Under the pieces are notes generated by a model, which was not told where the DNA came from, searched no databases, and saw only the letters and a list, made by a program, of their open reading frames with translations. The position numbers were made by a program, and so were the translations under genes. A stretch of DNA of 64,000 nt. Source: Takakia lepidozioides. Lineage: Eukaryota; Plantae; Bryophyta. The DNA lies in the NCBI GenBank assembly GCA_030704615.1, contig CM060733.1:26722001-26786000 (forward strand). The letters run 5' to 3'. Below are positions 38,198 to 51,592 of the stretch, piece by piece; the stretch's first letter is position 1; every line of letters begins with the position of its first letter.

Positions 38198-38850
38198 CAG
38201 TGGTGTGTGGTTATTTGATTTCTTTCATAACCTCCGGTTCTAGTTTTTACAAAATCTTAGGATCAAAGAACTTCCGGTTCCAGTTTTTTCGTAGATCTTT
38301 TTATGCAAAGAACCACCGGTTCCGGTTAATTGTAAGAGCATCTCCACCGCGGGTACACCAAACAACATTGCAATGGTAACCTCCTGCGGCCTCCAACACT
38401 CCCCTCCACGGGCAACCCCATCAAACTACCCTGCAAGTGTCTTTTTGGCTGACGTGCCTTGCTCCAGAGGGACCACCTGGACAGTCGCTACTTTACCCTC
38501 ACGCCACAAATGCAGGCACGTCAGCCAAAAAAGCTGTCAGTCGTGTTTTTAGTCGCTCTAGCAGGTACCGGCAAGGCCTAGAGGGGCTTTAGCCTGCTCC
38601 TTTGCCGTCGCTGGGCCATTTAGGGACCTCGGTGAAGATGCTCTAAGAACCTCAAAGAACCGGCAGTTTTCATCAAATAACCAGCGGTCTTAGTCGGATC
38701 TTTGACGATTTTCAGGCTGGTTATCTCTAACTGGCGTTTATGATCCTTTCCCAGTTCTTTGTTTTTTTGACAACCACGGTTATATATCCATATAACCTTC
38801 TTGATAACCTCCGGGGGTTTGTAGCTGAATCAAGGAACCTCCCAACACTG
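38198..38850. mobile_element. hAT-like MITE with CCGGTT subterminal repeats
   Basis: TIR CAGTG(G/T)TG(T/G)G(T/A)GGTT (12/15) and degenerate 8-bp TSD GTTTTCAT/GTTTTTAC. Confidence 0.6.
38336..38643. mobile_element. PIF/Harbinger (Tourist-like) MITE nested in the hAT MITE
   Basis: TIR GAGCATCT(C/T)CACCG (13/14) and TSD TAA. Confidence 0.88.
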
Positions 38851-39589
38851 GTTTTTACTAGGTATCTTTTTGGTTTCCATTGGTTATGCTGTTCTCTTCG
38901 GCCTAGTTTTGTTCATGGGGCTCCCTCATTGCTTGAATGGGTACACAAATGGAGGTTTTAATTATTTTCCCAAATATCATTTTTATGGCTATAACGTTTT
39001 TGGAAAAAAAAAAGAATGTAAGAAAGAAAAGACCATAACAAATGACTTGATTTTGTTCAATGGACATCTCAACATCTAAATTAGGACATTCCAAAACCTT
39101 CTCCAACAATAAAATTAATTACAAATATATCTGAAGAAAATAGCAGTTTCTTTTTTTAATGCACACAATATTCTGCATGTCTTCAGTAAATTTGAGCGTC
39201 TATCACAACAGCAGTGACGGTTAGTAGAGGCATGTAACCAATTTAGACCTAAAAATATTGCAACTATTTTGGCTAAAATCTGTGGATGATTTTTGGTAGG
39301 TTTCTGCGGGCAATTTACTCCAGCTGGGTACCCAAAATTGTTAAAAAATCCAAAAAGGGCTTGGAAAATTAAGGGTTAAGATTTGTCAATTCATGACAAT
39401 TCTCACGTCTAATCTGGCTACATTCCTTTGGAAATTTTGATGGTTATTAGTTGTTTTTGTTTTTGTTTGTTTGTTTGTTGTTTTTTTAGAACAAGAGACA
39501 GAGGCTCTAGTATAAACTTTATTTGGAATTTATTTTTGTAATAGACAATAGCCAAAAACAATACTCCTATTAAAGTACTCATATTTACA

Positions 39590-39760
39590 AGATCTTATAG
39601 CCGAGTGGTAATGGGCACATACCACGATGTGGTTGTGGGTTCAAACCACCGTCTGGTGTGTCATGAAGGTGTCCACCTTCCTGCAGTAGCCCTTTAGGGT
39701 CAAGTGACACCATAACTTACGCTCCCTTGGGGAGGCGTCATACTTTACTTTACTTTATAG
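39590..39760 (+). mobile_element. tRNA-derived SINE remnant
   Basis: TAGCCGAGTGGTAA A box, GGTTCAAACC B box and (TACTT)n tail. Confidence 0.5.
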
Positions 39761-40179
39761 TGGAGGATGTCATGCTTATGAAGTACGATGTTGTATGCAC
39801 ACTCGGATTTTGAATTCTCCTATGCATTTTCCTGTACCGCAAGTTGGACCCACAATCTCACAAACAATTGGGGATCTGGCGAGTAGTCCTTGGCCTTCTT
39901 TGCTTGACATGAAGACGAAGTGAACATCAATTGGTGCCCTAATGAAAACCGTGACTCCAAGGTGAAGACGCACTTGAAGTTGGAGAAGCTATGTGGCAAA
40001 CACTAAAGGCCGTTGCAGCAGTGATTTTAGGCTAGTACCATGTTGCTTTGCTTAATCTACTTGTCTTGGAAGGTGGAGAGCTCATATGCTTCTTCTCCAA
40101 GTTCTTAGGCTCAGATTTTCTCCCTCTGCAGGTGTGGTTGTGCTAAAGCTTGCCTTGGTGCCTGCTCCTGGGTGGTACC

Positions 40180-41743
40180 CAGGGTTGTTTTTTGACAGGT
40201 AGCCCTACCTTTTTTGTGACAGGTTAATTTTTTTTTTGACTTTCACTGTGACATACAACTTTGAGAAAATGCCTTTCACATGACAGGTTGACCGATTTTT
40301 GACCTTTCACACAATTTTGTCATATGAAATTGAAACAAAAAATGAAAAAAAGTGTGAATTAAAAACAAAAACAAAAAACAAAAAAAAATGTGAACTGCTT
40401 ACAACTACAAATAGTGAAGCTCCAGTCTGTGAATACATATGGTATTATCTTTACTATTTTCATGGGTTCCAACCCAAACATGTAGCATTTGTACCACTTA
40501 TTCTCTAACTATAAGACTTTGGCATTTTTAACCTCTTCATACGTGGTCCCAAGCCTCTCTTCTTTGAGAGAGATTCTCTTGGCTTATCAATGAGCTAGGA
40601 ATACAATATGCCAGTTGATTGCAAGTTAAGATTTTGAGTCATGCAGGATGGCCGTGTCGAATTAGGTGCAGTGGTTTGAATATGGCGCCTCCTCCACAAC
40701 AAATGCTTTTGAAACAGGACCAGGAGAGGGATTCAAGAGGAATTTTTCTGGCACTGCTGTGGCTGTGGGTACACCGTGTAAGGGAGAACAAGTCTAACAG
40801 GCACTAAACGATTTGAACCAGCAATTCATTTTGGCCGCCAGACTCCAGTACGTAATTGTGCATTTTACAAGGGTGTATCAAGAGTAAAGACCTAGAAACA
40901 AGAAAGCAAGTGCATGCCCACATTATCCAAAATGGATATTTCCAAATATCTGTCTACTCAACACCCGGTCTCAAAAAAAAAAAAAACTAAGAATGGAGGC
41001 TGGAGCACGCACAGGAAACAAAGAGGGAGAGCCTAAGTAAGCTTAGAGGTTTAAGGCTTGAAACACAAAGAAGGGCAGCTGGCAGTCAGCGTTTTTTTTA
41101 TAGGCGAATTTTCGCCAGATTTCGACCTCAAAAAAGAAGAAGGAATATTCTGTCGAAAGTCCCATGTTTTTCATGGATGAAATTGCCAAATTTCTCCAAA
41201 TAAAAATAAATTATGGATGCATTTGCCAAATATGGATGATATATATGGATTATGGTACAGAAGTGGATGATTTCAGTGGATGAACAGAATGTACTGCTGA
41301 TTTCTGCAAAACTCTGTAGCCACTCATGCTGTTTTCCAAATTTCTAAGAAAAACACTGCTGGCAGTGCTCGGTGAGGCTCCCCTAGGTGGACTTACTAGT
41401 AAGATTAACAAAAACTACTAACAATTTGTACCTTTTTTAGCCTCTCCTAGTCTCTAGATGGACTTACTAATAAAATTGCTAATAACTATCAGTAATCTCT
41501 GCAAATTTTCTATTCATTTGTAGCTTTCAGGCTTTGTGAGCCTCTCCTAGGTGGACTTAGTAATCAAATTACCCCTAATTATCAGAAATTTCTGCCTTTC
41601 TTTTGACAGGATATTTTTTTAAAAAAAAAACTTTCATTGTGACAGGCATTTTTTTCTCATTGCCTTTCTTTTGACAGGCTCATTTTTTTTTTGCCTTTTT
41701 TTGCCTGTCAAATGCCTTGTGACAGGTGCAAAAATCAGCCATG
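40180..41743. mobile_element. Non-autonomous hAT element
   Basis: TIR CA(G/T)GG(T/C)TG(T/A)TTTTTG, perfect 8-bp TSD GTGGTACC, and TGACAGG subterminal motifs at both ends. Confidence 0.85.
41087..41358. mobile_element. hAT MITE nested in the hAT element
   Basis: TIR CAG(C/T)GTTTTT and perfect 8-bp TSD CTGGCAGT. Confidence 0.88.
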
Positions 41744-43604
41744 GTGGTACCCTGATCACTGCCTCATGATCGTGTTTAAAGTTTTTGAAAAATCTGACCT
41801 CTCTGATGAAAAATAGCTGCAAAATTGTGAAGATATATCCAAATGAAAAACCAGCCAGACATTTCCTGACCACCTACCTCTTGCACCCGCAGTAAAACTT
41901 TCGGGTGGATTAGCAAATCACCACCATTGGGATCAGTTGGGGGAATTTTGTCGCATTTTACCAAATAACCTACAGGAAATCCACGGTTTTCATTGCATTA
42001 GGATGACCCATTCATCCTGAAACTGTGGGCACGCCAACCCTACCAATATGGCACATAACCGCTCCAATTGGCCCAAATATCAGCAGCATATTAATAAGAA
42101 CCCGCAGCTAGTTACATGCTAGCCAAATGGTTTTGAGGAATTTCCTTGAAACCTTAGGAAACTTATCGAGAAAGTTTACATAGGAACTTGACCATTGATT
42201 TACCATTAAGGGGAAGCAACCGACTCCCTAGCCGGTTGGTTCTCGGAATGAGGGGCCACCGGCTGGTTCAACTCAAATTATTTCGCGGACAGCATATGGA
42301 GGTTTTTCGATGAGAGTTTGACACAACACGTGTTTTTTGCCAAGCTTTTATATGGTTTTTGCTGCTTCTGTTCTATACGCTGATCCTCTTTTTATGCACA
42401 AGATTGACAAGTTAACCCTGGTCGCATCGCCCTCCCATGTGGCTCCAAATTAGAACAAAATTAGACCAATCAGTAGCATAGTTTAATCATGTCAATTGAC
42501 TCGGTATAGCACGCGCAAATGGTACCAAGTTGTCATATATTCTCCCAAAGCCAGCTAATTGTGAGGAGGGTTGGGGGCTCGGTGGGCAAAATTACTAAAA
42601 GGGCTCCCACCCTCCTTTCTAATTTTACAAGTACAAATGCTAAGAATATGATTGTGTTAGGGCAATTGAACAGCCAAGACATACATATTGTTTTACTCAA
42701 CAGTGCTTGTAAGCCAAAATTATGTGAGGCATCAGCTGCCTTTGATAAAGCGCATGTGACAAGGAGGGCATTGAACAGAGCAGTGAGGTAAGATGGTGAA
42801 CCTACCTAACCTGGACTGCTTTATGAAAGGCATGTGGAGAGCTGGCAGGTGAGTGGGAAACCCACAGAGAGTGGATGCTGTTTTAAGTAGTGCGCCCAAC
42901 ATTTGATCGGAAGGCAAAACGCGGCCGGCCATCCACAGTGGCATTGACTATTTACGGAGATGATGGGGAATAGGATTGTTTAAGCGAGTGTGAAGTGGAG
43001 CTTCGTCGTAAATGCAAAGTGGCACATCAAGAGCAGTACATGGGGGGTGGTGGTCAGCAGAGTAAGTACGAGAGATCGATGGGTTTGCACTGTGCAGATT
43101 CTTTAATACGGCACTTTGGCATTTAGGCTTCCGTACAAATTCCAATGGGCTCCAATCGGTCGAGTCGGAGGAGATCTGGTAGGAGATGATGACAAAAAGT
43201 GAACTTGCGGGGATGGTGATAAGAGACTGCGAAGTTACCGACAGCTAAGTATGGGGATGCTCGGGGCTGAGCTCAGTCACTCGAGGGCCTTTCCAGTCAA
43301 TGTTTGGTGTCAAGTGGCGATCCGGCACTGGAGGAGGCTGACACCCGAGATGCCGGATTCAAACTGAGGAAGGGTGGCGGGCCTGCCGAGGGAGGACAGC
43401 AGGTGACAACCGGTGATGGCCAACTAGAGCAGCCCAGGCATGGCTGAGGGAGGCAGGCAGATGAGAGGGCGCGGGGATAGATTCTGGTGCGACCAGGCAG
43501 AAGACCGGGAGAGGAATTGGTGAGGGAGAGAGAGAGAGAGAGGAGGGAGAGCTTCTGTTTGTGGGTAGTGAGTGGGTTGTAGGAATTTGTATGTCTTTAG
43601 AGAG

Positions 43605-45418
43605 ATGGAACGGCAGCGTCTGGCTATAACCAGCTTTACTATTATAGCTTATGGCTGCTGCTTGTTGGGCGTTGTGGTTGAGGCTGGTGCGGGAGATAGT
43701 TTTCTGGGGACGCCAGAGCAGGGTGCCTTGTGGGAGTTGCCCTTGCTTGGTTCTTCTTGCGATCCTTGCAGTCCGGTAAGCAGAAAACGTACCTCTCCAA
43801 TGGTGTGTGTGCCTCCGCTAACCAGCATTCCAAGCCGCCTCTGAGCGTCTCAATGGGGCAGAGTCAGTCTTGTACAGGGCTGGATTGGCGGTGCATTTGA
43901 TGTGACAGAAATGGCCAAGTTGATCAGTCCATTCCTTAGAAAATGCGACACTGCTATGAGTTTCAAGGGTGGTCCTTGGACTGGGTCTGATGCAGGTTTG
44001 CGGAGAGGGACATATGAGCTACAAAAGTGCGTGCCACGCACTTGCCGCCGATGCCACCATTTTGACAACAGGCATGCTCTCATAAACCTCGAGGAGACGC
44101 AAGCACCGTACTAGACTAATGCGTTTTTCGTTGATTGTAAGTCATGCTCGAAACTTGCTCCCACCGGGACAATGTCCGCTGATGCAGTGTGCAATGTTTG
44201 TAGGCAGAGTCGATGACTTCAAAATCAGCATCGTTTACATAGGAGAGCGTCCTACATTTGTCTGTCTGCAAACCGTGAAGTGGACCTCATATTGCTGTTC
44301 CGAGCCCGACCCGTTGAGTCGTTTGGTCCCACATTGCTGGTAGTGAGTATTGTGCCACAAAGACTCTTAACATGTGAAAAGTTCGCTGATTCAAGGCCGC
44401 ACTATGGTAATACAGGGGCATATGATGAAGCGAGGATAAATCCAGTTGTGTGCACCGTACATTGCTTTCGAGCTGATCCGTAAGCGCCCTCTTTCTTTTT
44501 CGCCTGGACTTGTGCCTGCAATGATTGTACAGTCACATAATATTTACTTCCCGTACATAAGGATTAGAGAAGTCCTAGGAACCCAGAACTATGGCTCAGG
44601 CAGTAATGAGAATTCGATCGAAAGAATGTTTGCTGTTCATTGCTCCCACCGTCTCCACGGTAATCCTGGCAGTACGACTAACGAAACACTTTTGCTAAGC
44701 AAGACTCTCGAGAATGGTCAAACTTCTCACTTATTTGCTGTCCAGTGAGTTTCTCGAGTTGCAAAAGTCTTGTCTGTTTTACTTCACTGCACTCTCGATA
44801 AGGCCATGGCAAACAACTTCCCAACGAGGAAGCCTTTAGACTAGTTTTGGTAGGACCCTGAACGGTGTAGTATGAACTACTTCAGAATATTTAGATCTAC
44901 AATTTAGTTATATGAGATTCATTGTGCTGGCTGGTTGGCTCTTGGCTCCTTGGATTTGTCAACGAGGTTTAAGCTGATGAGAGTACTGGGGTTCTGTGGA
45001 CAGGGTCTGTGGATTGGACGGAGTTACCTACTGGTATGCTTCTTTTTCAACCTCCACCCACTGCTGCCTTTTGCTGGCTTTGGATCAACTGTGTTAAATC
45101 TGGACTTTCTTTTGGCTAGCTAGGGAGCAAAGCTAGGGTCTCATAATGTAGATGGAATGGGGACAGGTGTGGAGCCCCAGAAGCTGAGTGTGCAGGAGTG
45201 GAGGTGGCACATGAAGGATACTGTGACATATGGAGTGGAGGAGACGGAGCGGGGTCCAGATTGTTACATGCTGCTCAGTCACTGCAGCTCTTGCACATGG
45301 TGTGGCTGGTGCTAGCTGGGTTACTTATTGTGGTTGGCTTGCCTTGATCTTCTCATCACAGCCCAATTGTTGTGGAGCCAACCCCTCCTCCCCTGAAGTT
45401 GTTGGCTCTAATGAATGA
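43605..45418 (+). CDS. Candidate small secreted Cys-rich peptide, 75 aa; exons 43605-43775 and 45362-45418
   Basis: Signal-peptide-like MERQRLAITSFTIIAYGCCLLGVVVEA. Strong donor CCG|GTAAGC and in-phase acceptor TCACAG|CCC give GSSCDPCSP-PNCCGANP...NE*. Upstream GA-rich tract. Confidence 0.45.
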
Positions 45419-46049
45419 GTTTAACTAAATTTTGTGATTGGGTCAGCAGTGACCCCTTGCGTTTTCAACTCAAGTGTCCCCATCAGTGACACTTAAGTCA
45501 CTCCCATACAAAACATGTTAGAAGAAACCTCTCTGTGCAAGCACAGCTGGGATAACTTTGTCAGACCTGATTAGGAAGAAGTCTTTGCTTTCTCATATTC
45601 AGACATTTCTATAGAGGCCAACTGTGTTCATGTTTCGAGTTTCCAAGAGTGGTCTGTATTATACTTGCAGCATACTAGCAGGTTATCTAGTTAGATTAGC
45701 TAGAAAAGCTTATGAGTCCACTAGATAGAAGCCTAGTGTACTAAGCCAGTTTGGCCATTGCACTGCAGATTCATTACCTGCCTTTTTGGCCATGTCTTTG
45801 CAGATTCTTAGAAAGGAATCATGTTCCTACCTACATCCTGTATCACAACATAACGTTGCATACATTTCAACTGTATGGAACGCAAGCTCATATCTTTTTT
45901 GTGGTCTTTAACTTGGAATCCAACCAGTGCAGAGGCTCTGAAAAACTTCACAACTTTTTAATTTTCTACATGACTAACCCAAATGATGTGACACTTCAGT
46001 GCTTCATCATGGGAGGGGGTCTGCAGAAAAGATCCTGTTTTTTGGCAGC

Positions 46050-47130
46050 TAAGGTGAGAATGTGATGCCTACCGTATGGTCCAAGCTATGATTATATGCT
46101 GTGAGGCACTTGATGTTGTTTTTGACAACAATGGAGGGTTGTAAGATGCTCATGACTTCGGAACATATTACTCCATAAGAAATTATTCGGTGATTCACAG
46201 GGATATGCACAAATGTAATTGACTCATACCCCCATTGCTTGTGCAATATCCGACCTTGTACATACCATTGCATACATGAAACTTCCCACAATACTTTGAT
46301 AATGATATCTCTCATTGTCTCCAAGTCTGCAACACTCTCACGGTACATCTCTTTCAAGAGATTGCAATTTGTGAACCAAGAGAAGTATCTAAAGGATATT
46401 CTGAGATGGTTGGGCTCCGCTTCTGCAATATTAAGTTGGCTTTTGTAAGACCATTGCATACATGAGATTTCCCACAACACACTAATAAAGAATATGTCTC
46501 ATTGTCTCCAAGTATGTAACACTCTTAAGATTCATTTCTTTTTAAACTTTGCAATTTGGGACAAACAAGGTGTTTACTAGCATACATTCTGTCATACCAT
46601 AGCGTCTCAAGATATCATCATGATTTTTACACTGGTTTATATTTCCCCACTGCTTTTGCAATATAGACCCTTGAAGCATACATGATATATCCCACAAACA
46701 CTCTGACTCCAAGTCTATAGCACTCATGGAGGTGCACATTTTTTTTTTACCTTCATTGATGATTTCTTCATAAGATGCAAAACAAGTTTGGAGTTCTTGA
46801 TAGATTCAAAGGGTTCAAAGTTTTCATAAAGAATCAAATTGAAAAAAAAAATCAAGGGTGTGATGACGACTAGGATTACATCTCGAGGAATTCTAATGAA
46901 TTCCATAACGAGAATGATATTGTGAAACAAAACATCATATACACCGGAGCAGAGTTACAAAGAGGAAGAATTGAATACTTTGAATACTTGTTCAAAGTGT
47001 AAGGTGTATGGTGCAATACATGAGGTTGAACCATTGTTTCATGGCGGAGCAATGGTGACTGCAGCATACCTCTAGAATTGAGTTCCTACCAAGACAACAT
47101 CTACAAAGACACATAAGAGGTATGATGTGG
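46050..47130. mobile_element. Scrambled Ty1/copia RT and integrase fragments
   Basis: Minus strand: YQSIVGSFMYAMVCTRSDIAQAMGV (partly triplicated) and DILRRYGMTEC. Plus strand: NQEKYLKDILR and an integrase-like YTPEQ...RKN segment. Confidence 0.75.
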
Positions 47131-47205
47131 CGTTCTCATCTTGCACAACACTTTCCATTATTGTTATTGTTTTTTCATTTTACTTTTTGTTATTGTACGT
47201 GACAG

Positions 47206-48800
47206 CACTAGTAAGAAAACATGATTTTTATTACTCTTTTCATGACTCTTTTCATGACTCATTTCATCATTGACAGCAATCTTTCCATGTATTCATGTCC
47301 AATGTGTACTCCTGGTATTCATGGTTTTCATTTTGCTTTCACATGGTTTGAAGGTTCTCCCACCTTACTTGCACATGCATGGGTTCAATCTGTTTTTTGG
47401 CATGTGCATTGTTCAAGCAAACATCACATGCTTCCAGAATTTCACCCTCAAGGGTCACACAAATGTAGAAAAGAGAAACTATGTGATGCTAGTGAAAAAA
47501 GGTTCAGCATGCTACTGACTCATCAACCTCTTTGAAATTCCACTCATAATTAGGCACCTGAACCTCCTGCCTAATCATTCTCTCTTTCCAAACATACACA
47601 CGCATATCCCACCGAAAGAAGAAGACTGAGTTATGAAAGTGATTGCTCCCCCAATGCGGCAAAACACGCAAAAACACCGAGGATGAGTTCTTCCGCATAT
47701 GCATGAAGGAAGCAAACATGACATGCATCACTCCATCCTCAATAGTTAGACAAATGTCACCAGCCCTGGTCCAAGGTCTTTCAGGTCTGCAGCCCTTCTG
47801 AAGCTTGCGCATGATGGGGGAAAGAAGTTCGTCTAGCAGTTTAATGCAGTTTTAGCCTTCATCCATCCATTGAAACAAGGTAAAAATATGAAAACACTCA
47901 TTCTCCTTCGAAGGGTCCAGGCCCAAAACATGTGGCCCCCACTCTTCGTTAGAAGCACACAAGAATCTTCACATGAGTACAACGGTGTTAGGCTGTTTTG
48001 CAGCTGCACTGCTGGTGTCGTCGTAAAAGCCAGACCAGCCCACTCTACCTGTAGATACATGTGCTGTAAGAATGATGTCCCCTGCTATGGGTTTTGACCA
48101 ATCCACCAACTCTTCCAATCCGGAGATGTGAGTCCCCACGATGCCAGTAATATCTCCTACCAACTCCTTGTGAGTGTCGATATCAACAAAAGCTTCCTCT
48201 TGCAGCCAGGAGCTGCCTACTCCTTCTTGAGCGTTTGACATTGCTAAGTGCGAGAGGCGCAAGTGAAAGAGGCACCAAGGCGAGGCAAATGGGTGAGGGA
48301 GAGTGCGACGAGGCAATGGGGGATCTGAAACTCAACGAGTTTGGGAGTGCTGCATGACAGTGTCGTGTGTGGCATATATGACTTTTTGGCCAAGTGTCGT
48401 TAAAACCTTATCATTAGTATATGACCATGTACCAGAGTCATTTGATTAAATCATGAATACAACTCCGACATATATTGGTGTCATAATAAATAAGTATTCG
48501 CCACAACGCGTCACGTGGCGCTGCGAGGTGCAACTCATCAAGTTTAAAAAAAAAAGTACATATAATATGTATTAAAAAAATCATGCTACATGATGCGTCG
48601 CGTTGTGTCACGCCACGTGACACTATGCATTTTTATAAATTTAAAAGAATCATTGCAACCACGTGGTAGCCATTTGGAGTTCTCATATGCTAATCCTTAC
48701 TAGCCTACGCTGTCATGTGGTTAACATAAGTTACGCGGCTTCATCTCTGCCATCCATTTCTCAATGGTCGTCATATCGTAAGGTTGGCTGTGTTGTTGTT
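47206..48800. mobile_element. Degenerate CACTA element remnant (other end not found)
   Basis: CACTAGTAAGAAAAC terminus with (T/C)ATGACT subterminal repeats. 48495-48720 is similar to the internal segment 17890-18090 of the nested CACTA. Confidence 0.55.
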
Positions 48801-51592
48801 ATTATTATTTGGATATTGATCCAAATGTGTGGTGCTTTTAATTTGTATCCATTACATGTTGTCGAACAAAATCATTTGCTTCCTAGTTTTGTGTGGATAG
48901 TATTTGTTGTTTTTTGTTGTTTCTTTTCGACTTGGTTGGAATTATCTCCATTGGTTTGGTAAGGCCTTTGTCAAACACAACGTCGCGGTGACATATCTTT
49001 CACATGAGAGGCCAAACTAAGTGGACTAAAGTCACAATACCTTTTATCCATAGACTCCTCAGCGTTCTACGAGAGCAACTTTTTGCCATGATCTTGTGGC
49101 ATGGAGGTCCCAAATTCCTCCATGCACATTGATGATAGCATTTCTCCTCCACTGTTAGTGGTGGAGTTCCTTTCTTCCAAATGTGGCAAAAAGGATCGCG
49201 TGGACTGCATGAATGCTTGTGCATGAGCAAATGTCAAGCACTACTTACTGGCTTGGCTGTGTTGAACAACAGTGGATTGAGTGTACTATCAGACACAGAT
49301 GTCTATGAGGTCACAACACTTGCGCATGGGACCGACGGAGACGTAATCTTGCCACCTTTTAGTTTCTCATATGCATGCACAAAGCCTTTGGTCAATGGTG
49401 GCGACTAAGGTGGGTGAATATTCTTACTCGCCTATCAGTTTCACAATTGTCATTGCAACCATGAAGTGTGATTGTTAGATGTGGCTGTGATCTTGACATG
49501 TAGCCTAAGTGGAGGTGTTTGGACCCAAATGTAGGCAGAGGAGGTATTTGATGCAGCGTCATGATACCTATTATTTCCATTGACGCGGGCTGCGGCAGAT
49601 GCTCTGCTACCCCAATTGGAGACTATCATGCCGTTGAAGTTTGTCGTTGGCTCTTCTACAACTTCTTGAGATCATCAATGGTTTAGTTTAATAAGGTTTA
49701 TCTACTCAAAGAAGCTTGGTCTCGACTTGTGGTCAGTGAGGACCATTTATGATTGAGCTGCACTATGTTTTCCTTGCAAATGTTCATATAGGCCCGACCT
49801 CTAGACCAGCACAACACTGTAAGGTACAAACGTACAAAGCAACATCAACCTTGGGAAGACGTAGGTGGATTCTCACTATCTCGCTTGTGCTTCCTCTGAT
49901 TGGTGGTACAGCTAATAGCTTCAAGTGGTCTGGAGAACTATTGGTTCCAAGCCTTCAATGAAGTCTACGGACATAGCAGTACATTTGAGACAATTTTTTT
50001 GATGGGAGGTCAGCTAGGGCTACTGCACACTTCAGATGATGTACAGGTTGGAGGGGTGATGCATGAACATTTGAACATAATAACTGTGACTTGAGCTCGT
50101 TTGCTAGATGTTTACCATTGTGGGTGATATCCATTGTTCTCTCATCAAAAGTGATTATCCATTATTTTCATGGATTCATGTTTAGCATGTGACACTTGAT
50201 TAAGCCTCCATTTACCTCCATTTTCTTTAATGTTACATTTTTGGTTTCTGTTTTTCTTCCTTTTCCGTTGTTATCCTCCCATATGTGGGTCTCATCTATG
50301 GGTCCGTCTTCCACGGAATTAGGCCCACAAACCTAGTTTATAGGAGCCTCGTCAAGCTCACGGGCTCATAGGCTCATGGTTTAATATTCCCCACCAAAGG
50401 ATATTATAAATTGTATAACCTAAGAGCAAATATGTAATCATCAGTTGTGATGTTATATCATCTCATATGTTAATCCCACCGCGAAGCACCTACCAAATCC
50501 ACAATATTATAGCCGAAGCATCGCCCTCCCAACTTGTCTATATATTGTTAAGAGCAGGTCGCAATTCCATAAATGTCACATTTGAGGCTGAGGACTACAA
50601 AATATCATATACTATGAAACAATATAATGCTAAACTAACAAAATACAAAAAGAAGACATCATGGAGCCGATTGAGAGTGGAAAAACGTATGCAACTGCAA
50701 TCGACTCATGAAATAGAGAACTTGGTTAAGTTTGATTCATGAAGGAAAATGGAAGAGGAGATTGTATATGCCAAAATTAGATGAGATAACTATAGCATGT
50801 TAGCATGCTTATCTTTTAGTTATCTCCACCTACTATTCTGGTAGTACGACTGGAAGCTAACTTAAGCTAATGGAGGCTTGTCACTGTAGTTAACTTAACT
50901 GTGACTTGTCCTCACAATAACTTTCCGTCGACCTAACTTGGAAGGACTTGAATCCCAACATTTCCAACACAGCTAACCCTACATTTTCAGGTTTTTGGGG
51001 GCAAACATCCCCTACGTGGGCACCGGGTTCACACATCTTTCATGACTTTCGCCCTTACTGGAGCCATAACTTTTCGCCCTTCTAGACAATGCAGCTCGGA
51101 AAACCCTCTATCTGGCCTACATTTGCAGCATTTTTCCCATTTGCAGCTCTTCAAATTGGACCTGATCAAGGAATTGAGACTCTGTGACAAAGATGCAACT
51201 GTTTGAAGGGCACAATTGCAACTAACAACGTGTTCACCAAACGTTTACTTCAGAATCTGGTCCCTTGTGACAAGGGTGCTCTATGATTTTTCAATTTGAG
51301 GAGGTGACTGACATGGATCCCCATACAGTCCGAAAAACTGAAGAGGGTTAGTCTCAATCAAGAGGTGCAAGTCTGTGACTGATAGACAATGTGGGTATCG
51401 CTAGTTTTTCTGAGACCAATGTCCTCCAACATTTCATGCCTCTCCTACTCTGAGATGCCAACTTCTAAACTTCCGATGCTGTGTAAGACCTAAAGACCAC
51501 ACTGCGTTTTTCCTAATAATCATACACGGTCCTGCATCTCAGGGTGTAGGCCTACTACTTTACATCGAGGACCAGGCATGCTACATGGTGTT

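Noticed and set aside
39230-42125. Outer element with GCATGTAAC inverted ends and a possible hAT transposase tail at 39760-40010
   Set aside because: The inverted match is 9 bp with no TSD, and the protein similarity is too degraded to support.
42700-43560. Possible divergent minus-strand transcript or miRNA precursor
   Set aside because: No conserved miRNA sequence, long hairpin or coherent ORF was seen.
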